Below, in pieces: positions 15,263-22,525 of a stretch of 28,836 nt of DNA. Both the position numbers and the translations under genes were made by a program. The notes beneath the pieces are model-generated. The model made no database searches. It worked only from the letters and a program-made list of their open reading frames with translations, and had not been told where the DNA came from. The DNA is taken from IMG/VR virus record IMGVR_UViG_3300033402_000049, positions 1 to 28,836 of that record; one strand, written 5' to 3'. Within the stretch, counting starts at the first letter, position 1. Each line of letters opens with the position of its first letter. This stretch comes from a virus (taxonomy: Duplodnaviria; Caudoviricetes).

Positions 15263-15385
15263 TTAGCTTCTCTTTCGAGGAACTATCACAGACTGAACAA
15301 AGTGGTAGCTTCGCAAACAGAAAGCTAGGATGTAAAATACATCTCTCGCTGGCTTGTAACAGACAAACGGTGCCTTGATGCGCAT
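15263..15385 (-). CDS. Hypothetical protein (40 aa)
   Basis: MRIKAPFVCYKPARDVFYILAFCLRSYHFVQSVIVPRKRS; GGAGGAG SD. Confidence 0.5.
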   Translation of the reverse strand: MRIKAPFVCYKPARDVFYILAFCLRSYHFVQSVIVPRKRS

Positions 15386-15387
15386 AG

Positions 15388-15876
15388 TTATTTCTCCTCC
15401 TTGAGCTTACGAGCTACAAAAGCGTTGAAACTCTCGGCTATACGATGACCACCTTGTGTTGAGAATACAAGATTGGTCCACTCTTTACGAAACTCCGCGA
15501 GCTTCTCAGGCGTGAGCATATTAGGAGGGTCTGCAACGACAGTATCGATAGCTTTGGCTATATGCTCTTCTTTGGACGACAAAGGTTCGCCTCGCAAACG
15601 TGCGTCAGCAACGTAGGCCATCTCCTGGGCTGCGCGTTGTACTTTGGTGAGATATAACGGAGCTTCACAATGTTGCTTCTGTTCTTCTTCTTCGAAGACA
15701 AGACCACACTTCGAACACGCGAAGCGATTGATGCGCGTAGCGCCTCGCATTTCAGACGCAGAAGCTCGATAACGCACTTTGAACGACCCACAGGTCGGAC
15801 AGTGGATTATCGACATTCTACGACCGCATTTACAGCAATCGCCCTGAGTACCAACGTAGTTCAGTGGAAGAGACAT
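15388..15876 (-). CDS. Zn-ribbon protein
   Basis: CCKC, CPTC and CSKC motifs; GGGAG SD. Confidence 0.75.
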   Translation of the reverse strand: MSLPLNYVGTQGDCCKCGRRMSIIHCPTCGSFKVRYRASASEMRGATRINRFACSKCGLVFEEEEQKQHCEAPLYLTKVQRAAQEMAYVADARLRGEPLSSKEEHIAKAIDTVVADPPNMLTPEKLAEFRKEWTNLVFSTQGGHRIAESFNAFVARKLKEEK

Positions 15877-15885
15877 TACAACTCC

Positions 15886-16161
15886 CTAGGAAACATCTAC
15901 ATAAGAAAAGCTTTGCTGTGTGTTCGCTATGCGAAGCGCAGGACATTCCGATTCAAGATGAAAGAGATAGGCGTTGTCTTGATTGATTTCCCAATATTGA
16001 TACAAACCGAACTTGATTGGCAGTCTAAAACGATTGGGCTGACGCTTCCACGTCTTACAAACACCGTAGGCACGCCATTTGTATATCTTAGTCGCGCATC
16101 CGTTGTTAGCGTGGACGATGTCTCCTCGTTCGAGTGTTAGAGCCGTCTCTTTGTCAATCAT
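15886..16161 (-). CDS. Hypothetical phage protein
   Basis: Start MIDKETAL (ATGA overlap); KWRAYGVCKTWKRQPNRFRLPIKFGLY. Confidence 0.7.
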   Translation of the reverse strand: MIDKETALTLERGDIVHANNGCATKIYKWRAYGVCKTWKRQPNRFRLPIKFGLYQYWEINQDNAYLFHLESECPALRIANTQQSFSYVDVS

Positions 16162-16442
16162 GGCAATATCCTCAACAGCTCTTTGACGCGCCTTTGCGCG
16201 TCTCTTAAATACACTTGACACTCCTCGACGGTGCGTGTACATTTGTCGCACGGTTCATACAACAACACGCCGTGTCCGCAAGTAAAGCTGGGTGTTAGAG
16301 CGTTGCTATCAATCGCAGATACGACTTTGCGTTCATAGCGTAGCTTCGCTTGCTGCGATAGCAAGTCGTAAGACTTCATCTCACGTCTAACTATCTCACG
16401 TGCTGCACGAAACTGTGGCGACAATCTAGGCTTGTCCATCAT
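16158..16442 (-). CDS. Hypothetical protein (CGH..CDKC)
   Basis: GAGGAG SD; first gene after the 16516-16545 promoter. Confidence 0.7.
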   Translation of the reverse strand: MMDKPRLSPQFRAAREIVRREMKSYDLLSQQAKLRYERKVVSAIDSNALTPSFTCGHGVLLYEPCDKCTRTVEECQVYLRDAQRRVKELLRILP

Positions 16443-16515
16443 CGCTCCTCAAAACCTACGAAGTACGAAGTACGAAACAAGCCTACAAACCGTGTGAATG
16501 CTATATCACCCTGTA

Positions 16516-16545
16516 AGGGTACCACACGGTGCATAGGTTTGTCAA
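16516..16545 (-). promoter_or_regulatory. Sigma70-type promoter (leftward)
   Basis: TTGACA-18 nt-TACCCT with TGTGG extension. Confidence 0.6.
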
Positions 16546-16675
16546 GACCTAGTACTGCGTGCTAACTAGCGTGTTTGCAATAACTTAGCGCAGCACCACA
16601 CAAACCCTGTGTATGCGCAGTACGGCCTACCCACTCACGTTGTCAAATTGCATAATTCATATTAAAGTCTCAATG

Positions 16676-16693
16676 AAAAAAAAAAATAAAAAA
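16676..16693. repeat. A11-T-A6 tract in an AT-rich non-coding core
   Basis: Directly visible in the sequence. Confidence 0.9.
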
Positions 16694-16877
16694 TAGAAAC
16701 CCTATATCGAAAATTCAACAAGCGTGTTGAGCACAACATAAAGGCGTGCATTGAACGTTGCGCACAAAAGGTTTCATGTGTGCCGGGGTAGTGTGCGCTA
16801 CGCCTACAGTGTGTGGGTGTGCGTTGCACCCCTTTTAGCACATATCCTCTACGGGACGTTCTGTCCCGTTTGGTTTG

Positions 16878-17213
16878 CTATTTTACGACGGTCGGTTTGG
16901 CTTCGCCTTGGTGCAATTCCGCCAAGGCTTTCTTGAGGAACTTCGCGGCATCTGCGGGAGACATGTTATATTCCTTCAACAAGTCGCCTGCGGCCTTCTG
17001 CTCACGACGCACCTGTGCGGTCTTGACTTGGCGAGTAATCTCCGCGATCCCGCGAGTGATTATCTCGTCAAGACACCACACGAGTGAGTGTTCCTCGAAG
17101 TAGTCCTTGCGGTGCATTTCAACGAAGTTGTAGAAACGGTCGGCGCGTACCGTCAAATCCGGTACTTCCGCGACCGTACCTTGCGACGTCGCTACTGCAC
17201 TTGTATTTGGCAT
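16878..17213 (-). CDS. Hypothetical early protein
   Basis: Start MPNTSAV after AGGAGG SD. Confidence 0.75.
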   Translation of the reverse strand: MPNTSAVATSQGTVAEVPDLTVRADRFYNFVEMHRKDYFEEHSLVWCLDEIITRGIAEITRQVKTAQVRREQKAAGDLLKEYNMSPADAAKFLKKALAELHQGEAKPTVVK

Positions 17214-17237
17214 AGTATCCTCCTGAGGTACGTTGCT

Positions 17238-17507
17238 ACGCATGGCGCGAGGGTTAGTCGCGCTTCTGTTTAAGAGTTTTCGCTTTATCCAAAGCACCGA
17301 TGGCCATATGGATAATAACAAGGTCATCGCTGCTATGCACGTTGCGCTTAAGCTCTTGGTGTAGTATCCTTTCGACGAGCTTATGCTCTTCGATAGTAAA
17401 CACTACTTTCTTTAGCATAGTGGTATAACCCTCCCACCATGCGTAGCATAGAACGCCTCGCAGAGGGTATGTGCTTTTCCTAACGCATAGCGCGAGGGTC
17501 AGTCGCG
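17238..17507 (-). repeat. 25-bp direct repeat spanning two stop codons (17238-17262 and 17483-17507)
   Basis: CGCGACTAACCCTCGCGCCATGCGT vs CGCGACTGACCCTCGCGCTATGCGT (2 mismatches). Confidence 0.85.
17254..17418 (-). CDS. Hypothetical early protein (54 aa)
   Basis: Start MLKKVVF after GGGAGGG SD. Confidence 0.65.
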   Translation of the reverse strand: MLKKVVFTIEEHKLVERILHQELKRNVHSSDDLVIIHMAIGALDKAKTLKQKRD

Positions 17508-17666
17508 CAGTTTTACCTTGACTTGCTTTGCACCGTGGTCTTTTAACACACCCTTGATGCAATCAGTAATGAAGTGAAGCTCTTGCTTTGTTGCTTTTGT
17601 AGCAAAATGAAACGTAACAAGAGCCTTTACTTTACGCATAGTGATAACCCTCCCACTATGCGCTAG
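17415..17666 (-). repeat. ~31-bp direct repeat containing SD and start codon (17415-17446 and 17636-17666)
   Basis: GCATGGTGGGAGGGTTATACCACTATGC vs GCATAGTGGGAGGGTTATCACTATGC; each is self-complementary. Confidence 0.85.
17499..17639 (-). CDS. Hypothetical early protein (46 aa)
   Basis: Start MRKVKAL after GGGAGGG SD. Confidence 0.6.
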   Translation of the reverse strand: MRKVKALVTFHFATKATKQELHFITDCIKGVLKDHGAKQVKVKLRD

Positions 17667-17970
17667 GTGTCGGGTGTTAGTTTGCCAGTACGACTCGTAC
17701 ATCGTACACTGTGCAACCCGTACAATATAGGTGTTCGCAGGCCAGCTACACCGCGAGGCCCGAAGGGTGGGGGCCTAAAAATGAAAGTGTCGATGAGTAT
17801 GTCGATACCCTCGCAATAAATTTTTTCGTTTTTTCCAGTTCTACCACAGTCATTCCGGCGAAGCCTCTGTTACTAAAGTTAACAGTTGTGTCAGCTTCGC
17901 TATGGAGTACAAGGTTATCTAATTGTTTTGTAAGTGGCTTTTTTACAATCGCTTACGGCGCACGAAAAAT

Positions 17971-17999
17971 TTGACATCGCTCCTGTTTTGTGGTAAGCT
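17971..17999 (+). promoter_or_regulatory. Sigma70-type promoter for the structural arm
   Basis: TTGACA-17 nt-TAAGCT with TGTGG extension. Confidence 0.75.
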
Positions 18000-18044
18000 A
18001 TCTGGGATCGATGGGTTCGTTGTGTATCTCTTCTGGAGGTTTGT

Positions 18045-18230
18045 ATGGCTGAGTTAGTAAAGTGTGTTGTCTGTGGGGCAGGGTCGCACAGGGAGGATTG
18101 GCAGTCGAAGGCTAACCCAGCCTGTGATTCGCATACAAAGGCTGAGGTCGCGGTAGCTATCGCTGCAAAGAATCCCCCACCCGCGCCGGTTTCGCCGCCT
18201 GTAGCGACGCCTCCTATTCCGACGAAGTAG
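18045..18230 (+). CDS. Small Zn-finger protein with Pro-rich tail
   Basis: GGAGGT SD; CVVC..CDSH. Confidence 0.7.
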   Translation: MAELVKCVVCGAGSHREDWQSKANPACDSHTKAEVAVAIAAKNPPPAPVSPPVATPPIPTK

Positions 18231-18239
18231 GCAGGCCCG

Positions 18240-18713
18240 ATGCCCTTCACCTACAAAACGACTAACATTAAGATTCCCCAAGTTGCGCGTTGGAGAATTG
18301 CGGGAATCAGTGATAAGAAGATAGGCCAAATGTTGGGAATGAGTGTCTCTGGACTGGCCCAGCTTCTTGCTTCGCAGGAGTATATCGATTACGAAGCTGC
18401 GTTGATGAATGGGCATTTGTCAGCAATGGACCGTGCCTTGGCAGGTAAAGTGGAGGCGATTCATCAAGAGTGTCGCAATGCAGTTCCCGCAGCTTTGAGG
18501 TGTCTTGTGGATACAGTTACTCAGAGGCGTGATTTGAAGGCTGCACTCGCGGCAGCAAAGGAGCTCCTCGACCGTGACCCTGACCGTACACTTGTGACTT
18601 CGTCCGACCAAGAGCCTATTGCTCCCGGAGTGCCTGCGGCTATCATAGACCAGGCTGCTGCTGAGGCAAATGCTATTGCTACGAACTACAATAAGGATAC
18701 AAAGGTGAACTAA
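18240..18713 (+). CDS. Putative terminase small subunit
   Basis: N-terminal HTH (GISDKKIGQMLGMSVSGLAQL), helical AALAAAKELLDR; upstream of TerL. Confidence 0.6.
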   Translation: MPFTYKTTNIKIPQVARWRIAGISDKKIGQMLGMSVSGLAQLLASQEYIDYEAALMNGHLSAMDRALAGKVEAIHQECRNAVPAALRCLVDTVTQRRDLKAALAAAKELLDRDPDRTLVTSSDQEPIAPGVPAAIIDQAAAEANAIATNYNKDTKVN

Positions 18714-18904
18714 TGGCTGGTTCATTCACATCACCAAGTGCCTCTACGAAGATGAAGGTTGGTAAGGTTAATCGACCGAAGCGTACCTCACCGACAGGTT
18801 CGGGTGTAGCTCCACATCCTGAATACCCAATCACCGACAGCTTTGCGTCGAAGACGATTCCTAAGAAACGGCGTAGTACGGAGTGTCGAAGGAGTCATTT
18901 TTAG
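18713..18904 (+). CDS. Hypothetical basic protein
   Basis: TAATG overlap; AAGGTG SD. Confidence 0.55.
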   Translation: MAGSFTSPSASTKMKVGKVNRPKRTSPTGSGVAPHPEYPITDSFASKTIPKKRRSTECRRSHF

Positions 18905-18905
18905 T

Positions 18906-19055
18906 ATGAAACAAACGGCAGAAGAATTGTTGCGATTGATTAAAAGAAATACGAGTCGTAGGAAGGGAAAGATATATCTTTCCCTAGGTTCAGGAGCAAA
19001 AGATTACGAAGCGCTACGCCGGCTCCGCAATAAGTTGAACGAATTTATCGAGTAG
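18906..19055 (+). CDS. Hypothetical protein (49 aa)
   Basis: Start MKQTAEE after AAGGAG. Confidence 0.55.
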   Translation: MKQTAEELLRLIKRNTSRRKGKIYLSLGSGAKDYEALRRLRNKLNEFIE

Positions 19056-19066
19056 TTCTCGACAAG

Positions 19067-20764
19067 ATGACCGACGCAATCCAACGATTCACGCCGGTTG
19101 TCATAGCCCCCTCTGATAGCCACGACGATAAACTCGCCAAGATGAGGTTGAACTCACTCGGCTCGTTGTATTGGTTTATCAAGGCAACTTTACGTCGTAG
19201 ACGCCTCGTCGACCACCTTCACCGACCATGGTGTCAGTCTTTAGAGCGTGACCACCTTAAAGACGTTTATGAACTACCTCGCGACCACTTCAAGTCAACG
19301 ATTTGTAGTGAGGGATTTCCAATGTGGAGGGCTTTGCCCTTTGGCGCGAGCGACGAAGACCTCTTTAGAAAGCATGGATACGGCGACGAATTCATTGCAT
19401 TCATGAAACGAATGCACCGTCGTGACTCAAGGAACTTACTTGTTTGTGAAAACATCACAAACGCGGCCAAACTCGGCTCCCGAATCTCGGGACACTACGG
19501 CTCTAACACCATTTTCCGTGTCTTATTTCCCGAAATCCTTCCTGATTCGTCATGCACTTGGTCCAATTTCTCTCTGCATCATAAACGGACACCTGGCGCA
19601 GCTTCACATGGCGAGGGCACCTTCGACTTCCTGGGGGTGGGTGGCGCATTGCAGTCGCGTCACTACGATGGACTGTTAGTACAAGACGACCTTGTCGGTC
19701 GAAAGGCTATCGAATCCATCTCAATTATGGAAAAAACGATAGACTATCACCGACTTCTTGTCGGCGCCTTCGAGAATCCCGACGAAAATAACCACGAAAA
19801 TGACGAATTCGTCGTTGGAAACCGTTGGGGTTACACCGATTTAAGCAGTCATGTCCGTGAATTTGAGCCCTGGTTCAACGTCGTAACCCACAGTGCCCTC
19901 GGTGGCTGCTGTCCCGACCATCCTGCCGATACTCCCATCTTTCCTGAAGAATTCGGCCTTGAAAAGCTCGAAAGATGGCGTAGAAGGCTCGGAAATTACC
20001 ACTTTTCATGCCAGTTCCTCAACAACCCCGCCGCTCCTGAGAATGCTGATTTCCGAGAAGAGTGGCTCCAGCACTTTTCTATCGAAGAGCCCTGCCAAGA
20101 GAATGCTTTTAAGCAGATGATTCGCCACGAAGTGCGTGACGGCGTTGTACGCAAAGACTTTGAGGTAGCTCACCTCCGAATCGGTATGACAGTCGACCCG
20201 AACCACAGCGGCAACGCCGGACTGGGGCGTTGCCGTCATGCTATCATGGTGGTCGGTTTGTCATCGGACGGGTATTACTACCTCCTCGACTGCTGGGCCA
20301 AGGCCTCTGGCTACGATGAATTTTACGAGAAAATCTTTGAACTCGCTGGTAAGTGGAAACTTACTAAAATCGGAGTCGAAACGGTTGCGGCCCAGAAATA
20401 TATTGGGCATCATATTGAGTTCCTCTGCAAGATGAAGTCGCAGTTTCTGCGTATTATCCCCCTGAAAGGCGAAGTTGAAGGCCCGGATGGTGAGCTTACT
20501 CGCAAGAAGGAATGGCGTATTCGAAACGTCATGGCCCCGATTTTTGAGGGCTGTAACTTCTACACACAACGCAAATATCAGGATTTCTTGGGTGAATACA
20601 CTACCTTCCCACGCGGCCGTTTCGTAGACCAGCTCGACGCTCTTGCCTACATGCCTCAGCTTATCAAGATGCCTCAGAGATATGAGGACCACGTGAAGGC
20701 TTTGCTTGCGAATCAGCAGGGTGCTCGGCGTGTTAATATGCCGTATTCAGCGGGGGTGAATTGA
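19067..20764 (+). CDS. terL: Terminase large subunit
   Basis: Walker A PRDHFKST, SRHYDGLLVQDDLV (Walker B), VGNRW, FSCQFLNNP, nuclease MTVDP, IGVETVAAQ, FPRGRFVDQLDAL. Confidence 0.92.
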   Translation: MTDAIQRFTPVVIAPSDSHDDKLAKMRLNSLGSLYWFIKATLRRRRLVDHLHRPWCQSLERDHLKDVYELPRDHFKSTICSEGFPMWRALPFGASDEDLFRKHGYGDEFIAFMKRMHRRDSRNLLVCENITNAAKLGSRISGHYGSNTIFRVLFPEILPDSSCTWSNFSLHHKRTPGAASHGEGTFDFLGVGGALQSRHYDGLLVQDDLVGRKAIESISIMEKTIDYHRLLVGAFENPDENNHENDEFVVGNRWGYTDLSSHVREFEPWFNVVTHSALGGCCPDHPADTPIFPEEFGLEKLERWRRRLGNYHFSCQFLNNPAAPENADFREEWLQHFSIEEPCQENAFKQMIRHEVRDGVVRKDFEVAHLRIGMTVDPNHSGNAGLGRCRHAIMVVGLSSDGYYYLLDCWAKASGYDEFYEKIFELAGKWKLTKIGVETVAAQKYIGHHIEFLCKMKSQFLRIIPLKGEVEGPDGELTRKKEWRIRNVMAPIFEGCNFYTQRKYQDFLGEYTTFPRGRFVDQLDALAYMPQLIKMPQRYEDHVKALLANQQGARRVNMPYSAGVN

Positions 20765-20901
20765 TGCCTAAAGGCTATGAAGAAATTCGCGACAAACTCA
20801 AGAAGCATATGAGTCTCAAAGCCGCAAAGCGTAGAGCAGCAAAGATTTGGAACAAGACTCGCGCCGGAACGGGACAGACCGTAGGACGTGGTCGCAAATG
20901 A
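20764..20901 (+). CDS. Small basic protein (45 aa)
   Basis: Hand-translated MPKGYEEIRDKLKKHMSLKAAKRRAAKIWNKTR..; TGATG and ATGA overlaps. Confidence 0.65.
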   Translation: MPKGYEEIRDKLKKHMSLKAAKRRAAKIWNKTRAGTGQTVGRGRK

Positions 20902-21200
20902 TTTTGTATCTGTTAATAGCAACTGGGCTTTTAGTCGTAGTAAATCTTATTCTCTGGAGAAAATTGATGTCAACATCGACAGACCTAACAAACACAGCAA
21001 CCGCTCTGGCGACTGCTGCAAACGCGCTCGCGGCTACAGCGACGTCGGTTTCAGCCCTTGTAGCGAGTCTGAAGGCAGGTCAGCTTATCGACCAGCCGAC
21101 TTTGGACTCTGTTAACACAAGCCTCAGTTCGAGTCTGACTGCTATTCAAGCCGCTCAGACGGAGCTTGCGGCCCTGGTCCCTACTACACCGGCCTCTTAA
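20898..21200 (+). CDS. Membrane-anchored coiled-coil protein
   Basis: N-terminal TM MILYLLIATGLLVVVNLILW, then Ala/Thr-rich helices. Confidence 0.7.
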   Translation: MILYLLIATGLLVVVNLILWRKLMSTSTDLTNTATALATAANALAATATSVSALVASLKAGQLIDQPTLDSVNTSLSSSLTAIQAAQTELAALVPTTPAS

Positions 21201-21214
21201 AAAGGAGGCAGGAA

Positions 21215-21508
21215 ATGTGGGATTTGATTAAGAATCATTTCGACAAGTTTCTGCTCGCGTTCTTTGTCTTGTATTTCACGTTTTTAGGCTGGCACGCGGT
21301 TTTTTACTTGTCGCATCATGACGGGGCATTGGGAAGCAGCCCTGTCGTTCAGTCTTTTATGGCGGCGATGCTTGATAATCAGAAATTGGTTATCGGTGCG
21401 CTGCTCGGTCTTATAACAGGAAGAGCTTTAGCGAGCTCTCCTAAAACGAATGGAGGAACAAGTGATTCGACGGTTTCTAGTGGTATTGACACTCCTGTTT
21501 CTAAGTAG
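21215..21508 (+). CDS. Two-TM membrane protein, possible holin
   Basis: AAGGAGG SD; two hydrophobic helices and a hydrophilic C-tail. Confidence 0.6.
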   Translation: MWDLIKNHFDKFLLAFFVLYFTFLGWHAVFYLSHHDGALGSSPVVQSFMAAMLDNQKLVIGALLGLITGRALASSPKTNGGTSDSTVSSGIDTPVSK

Positions 21509-22034
21509 TGGTCTTGTTTGGGCTCAAACACCGACGCCCGCTCCTGCTCCAACTCTTCCGGGATATGCGATTCAGCTCTCTGCGGGTTATTCTTACATCA
21601 GCAACGCTCCGACGAATAATGGTTTCTTTAGCTCGCTTGATGTTCCGATGTGGCATGACCCTTCCAATAAGTTCGCTATTTCAGGAAGTGGCAGCTACTT
21701 TACTATGTCAACTCCGTCTAGCTATTTCGCCGGAGGCGGTCCCGTTGCACATTTTCAATACTCCAATAAGAATCTACTCAACGGACAAGTGTTTCAGCCA
21801 TTCGTCGGCGCTGACTTTGGAGTGACTCGCTCTATTGATACTTCGACTGGCCTTTCCACGGGGTCGACTCACTTCGGTGTTGGTATTAAGGGGGGGTTGG
21901 ATACAGTCCTAACGGGTAATGTAAGTTGGCGTGTCTTTCAGGTTGAGTGGATTCACTCGACGCTGTATCCTGGAAACAGCGTGACTATCAGCAACATCGG
22001 GCAGATTTCCACTGGGCTGAACATTAGGTTCTAG
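21462..22034 (+). CDS. Outer-membrane beta-barrel protein (Ail/Lom/OmpA-barrel-like)
   Basis: GGAGG SD and GTG start; signal peptide ending VWA-Q; alternating beta strands (PFVGADFGV, FGVGIKGGLD); C-terminal ISTGLNIRF BAM signal. Confidence 0.8.
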   Translation: MIRRFLVVLTLLFLSSGLVWAQTPTPAPAPTLPGYAIQLSAGYSYISNAPTNNGFFSSLDVPMWHDPSNKFAISGSGSYFTMSTPSSYFAGGGPVAHFQYSNKNLLNGQVFQPFVGADFGVTRSIDTSTGLSTGSTHFGVGIKGGLDTVLTGNVSWRVFQVEWIHSTLYPGNSVTISNIGQISTGLNIRF

Positions 22035-22067
22035 CCACGTGGCCTCTTAAAGACTTGACAGGGTAAC

Positions 22068-22352
22068 ATGGCCGAAGCAGGAGACCTTCGTCGTGCTGAG
22101 GATATAGTACAAACCGAGGAGCAGGCTCTTGGGAAGGAAGATCTTCCTTATCAGCCATTCAGCGATGACCCCGTTCAGATTCATACGAATCTTGTCTGGA
22201 TGAAAAATCATCCTGTGTTTTTACAAGTTCATCGTGCTTGCGAAAGTGGTTGCATGTGCGGTTGGAAGTATGAGCATCCTGGTCAGCCTGTGGCAATCAA
22301 AGAATGGGATTTGCATTTGCAGAAGGCTGCAAGTGAGTGGACCGGCGAATGA
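22068..22352 (+). CDS. Hypothetical protein (Cys/His cluster)
   Basis: ACESGCMCGW..WDLH. Confidence 0.65.
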   Translation: MAEAGDLRRAEDIVQTEEQALGKEDLPYQPFSDDPVQIHTNLVWMKNHPVFLQVHRACESGCMCGWKYEHPGQPVAIKEWDLHLQKAASEWTGE

Positions 22353-22525
22353 AAATTGTAGCCTACATCGAGGCTTTCAAGAAATTTCTCGACGATATCT
22401 CCGAGATTGACAAGGGGCCGGTGACTATCGAGCTCTCCGGCCCGATTCATCTCAAGGTTACTGCTTCAGATGGTACGGTATTGCTCGACACGATTTTACA
22501 GATAGATTTACCTCAAAATGGCTGA
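22349..22525 (+). CDS. Hypothetical protein
   Basis: ATGA overlap; overlaps the portal start. Confidence 0.6.
   Translation: MKIVAYIEAFKKFLDDISEIDKGPVTIELSGPIHLKVTASDGTVLLDTILQIDLPQNG

Noticed and set aside
16457-16477. TACGAAG x3 tandem repeat in a 5' leader
   Set aside because: Real but too short to distinguish from slippage; no second copy seen.
17238-17666. True integron cassette array
   Set aside because: The ends match RYYYAAC/GTTRRRY only loosely and no integrase is in the window; kept only as an analogy.
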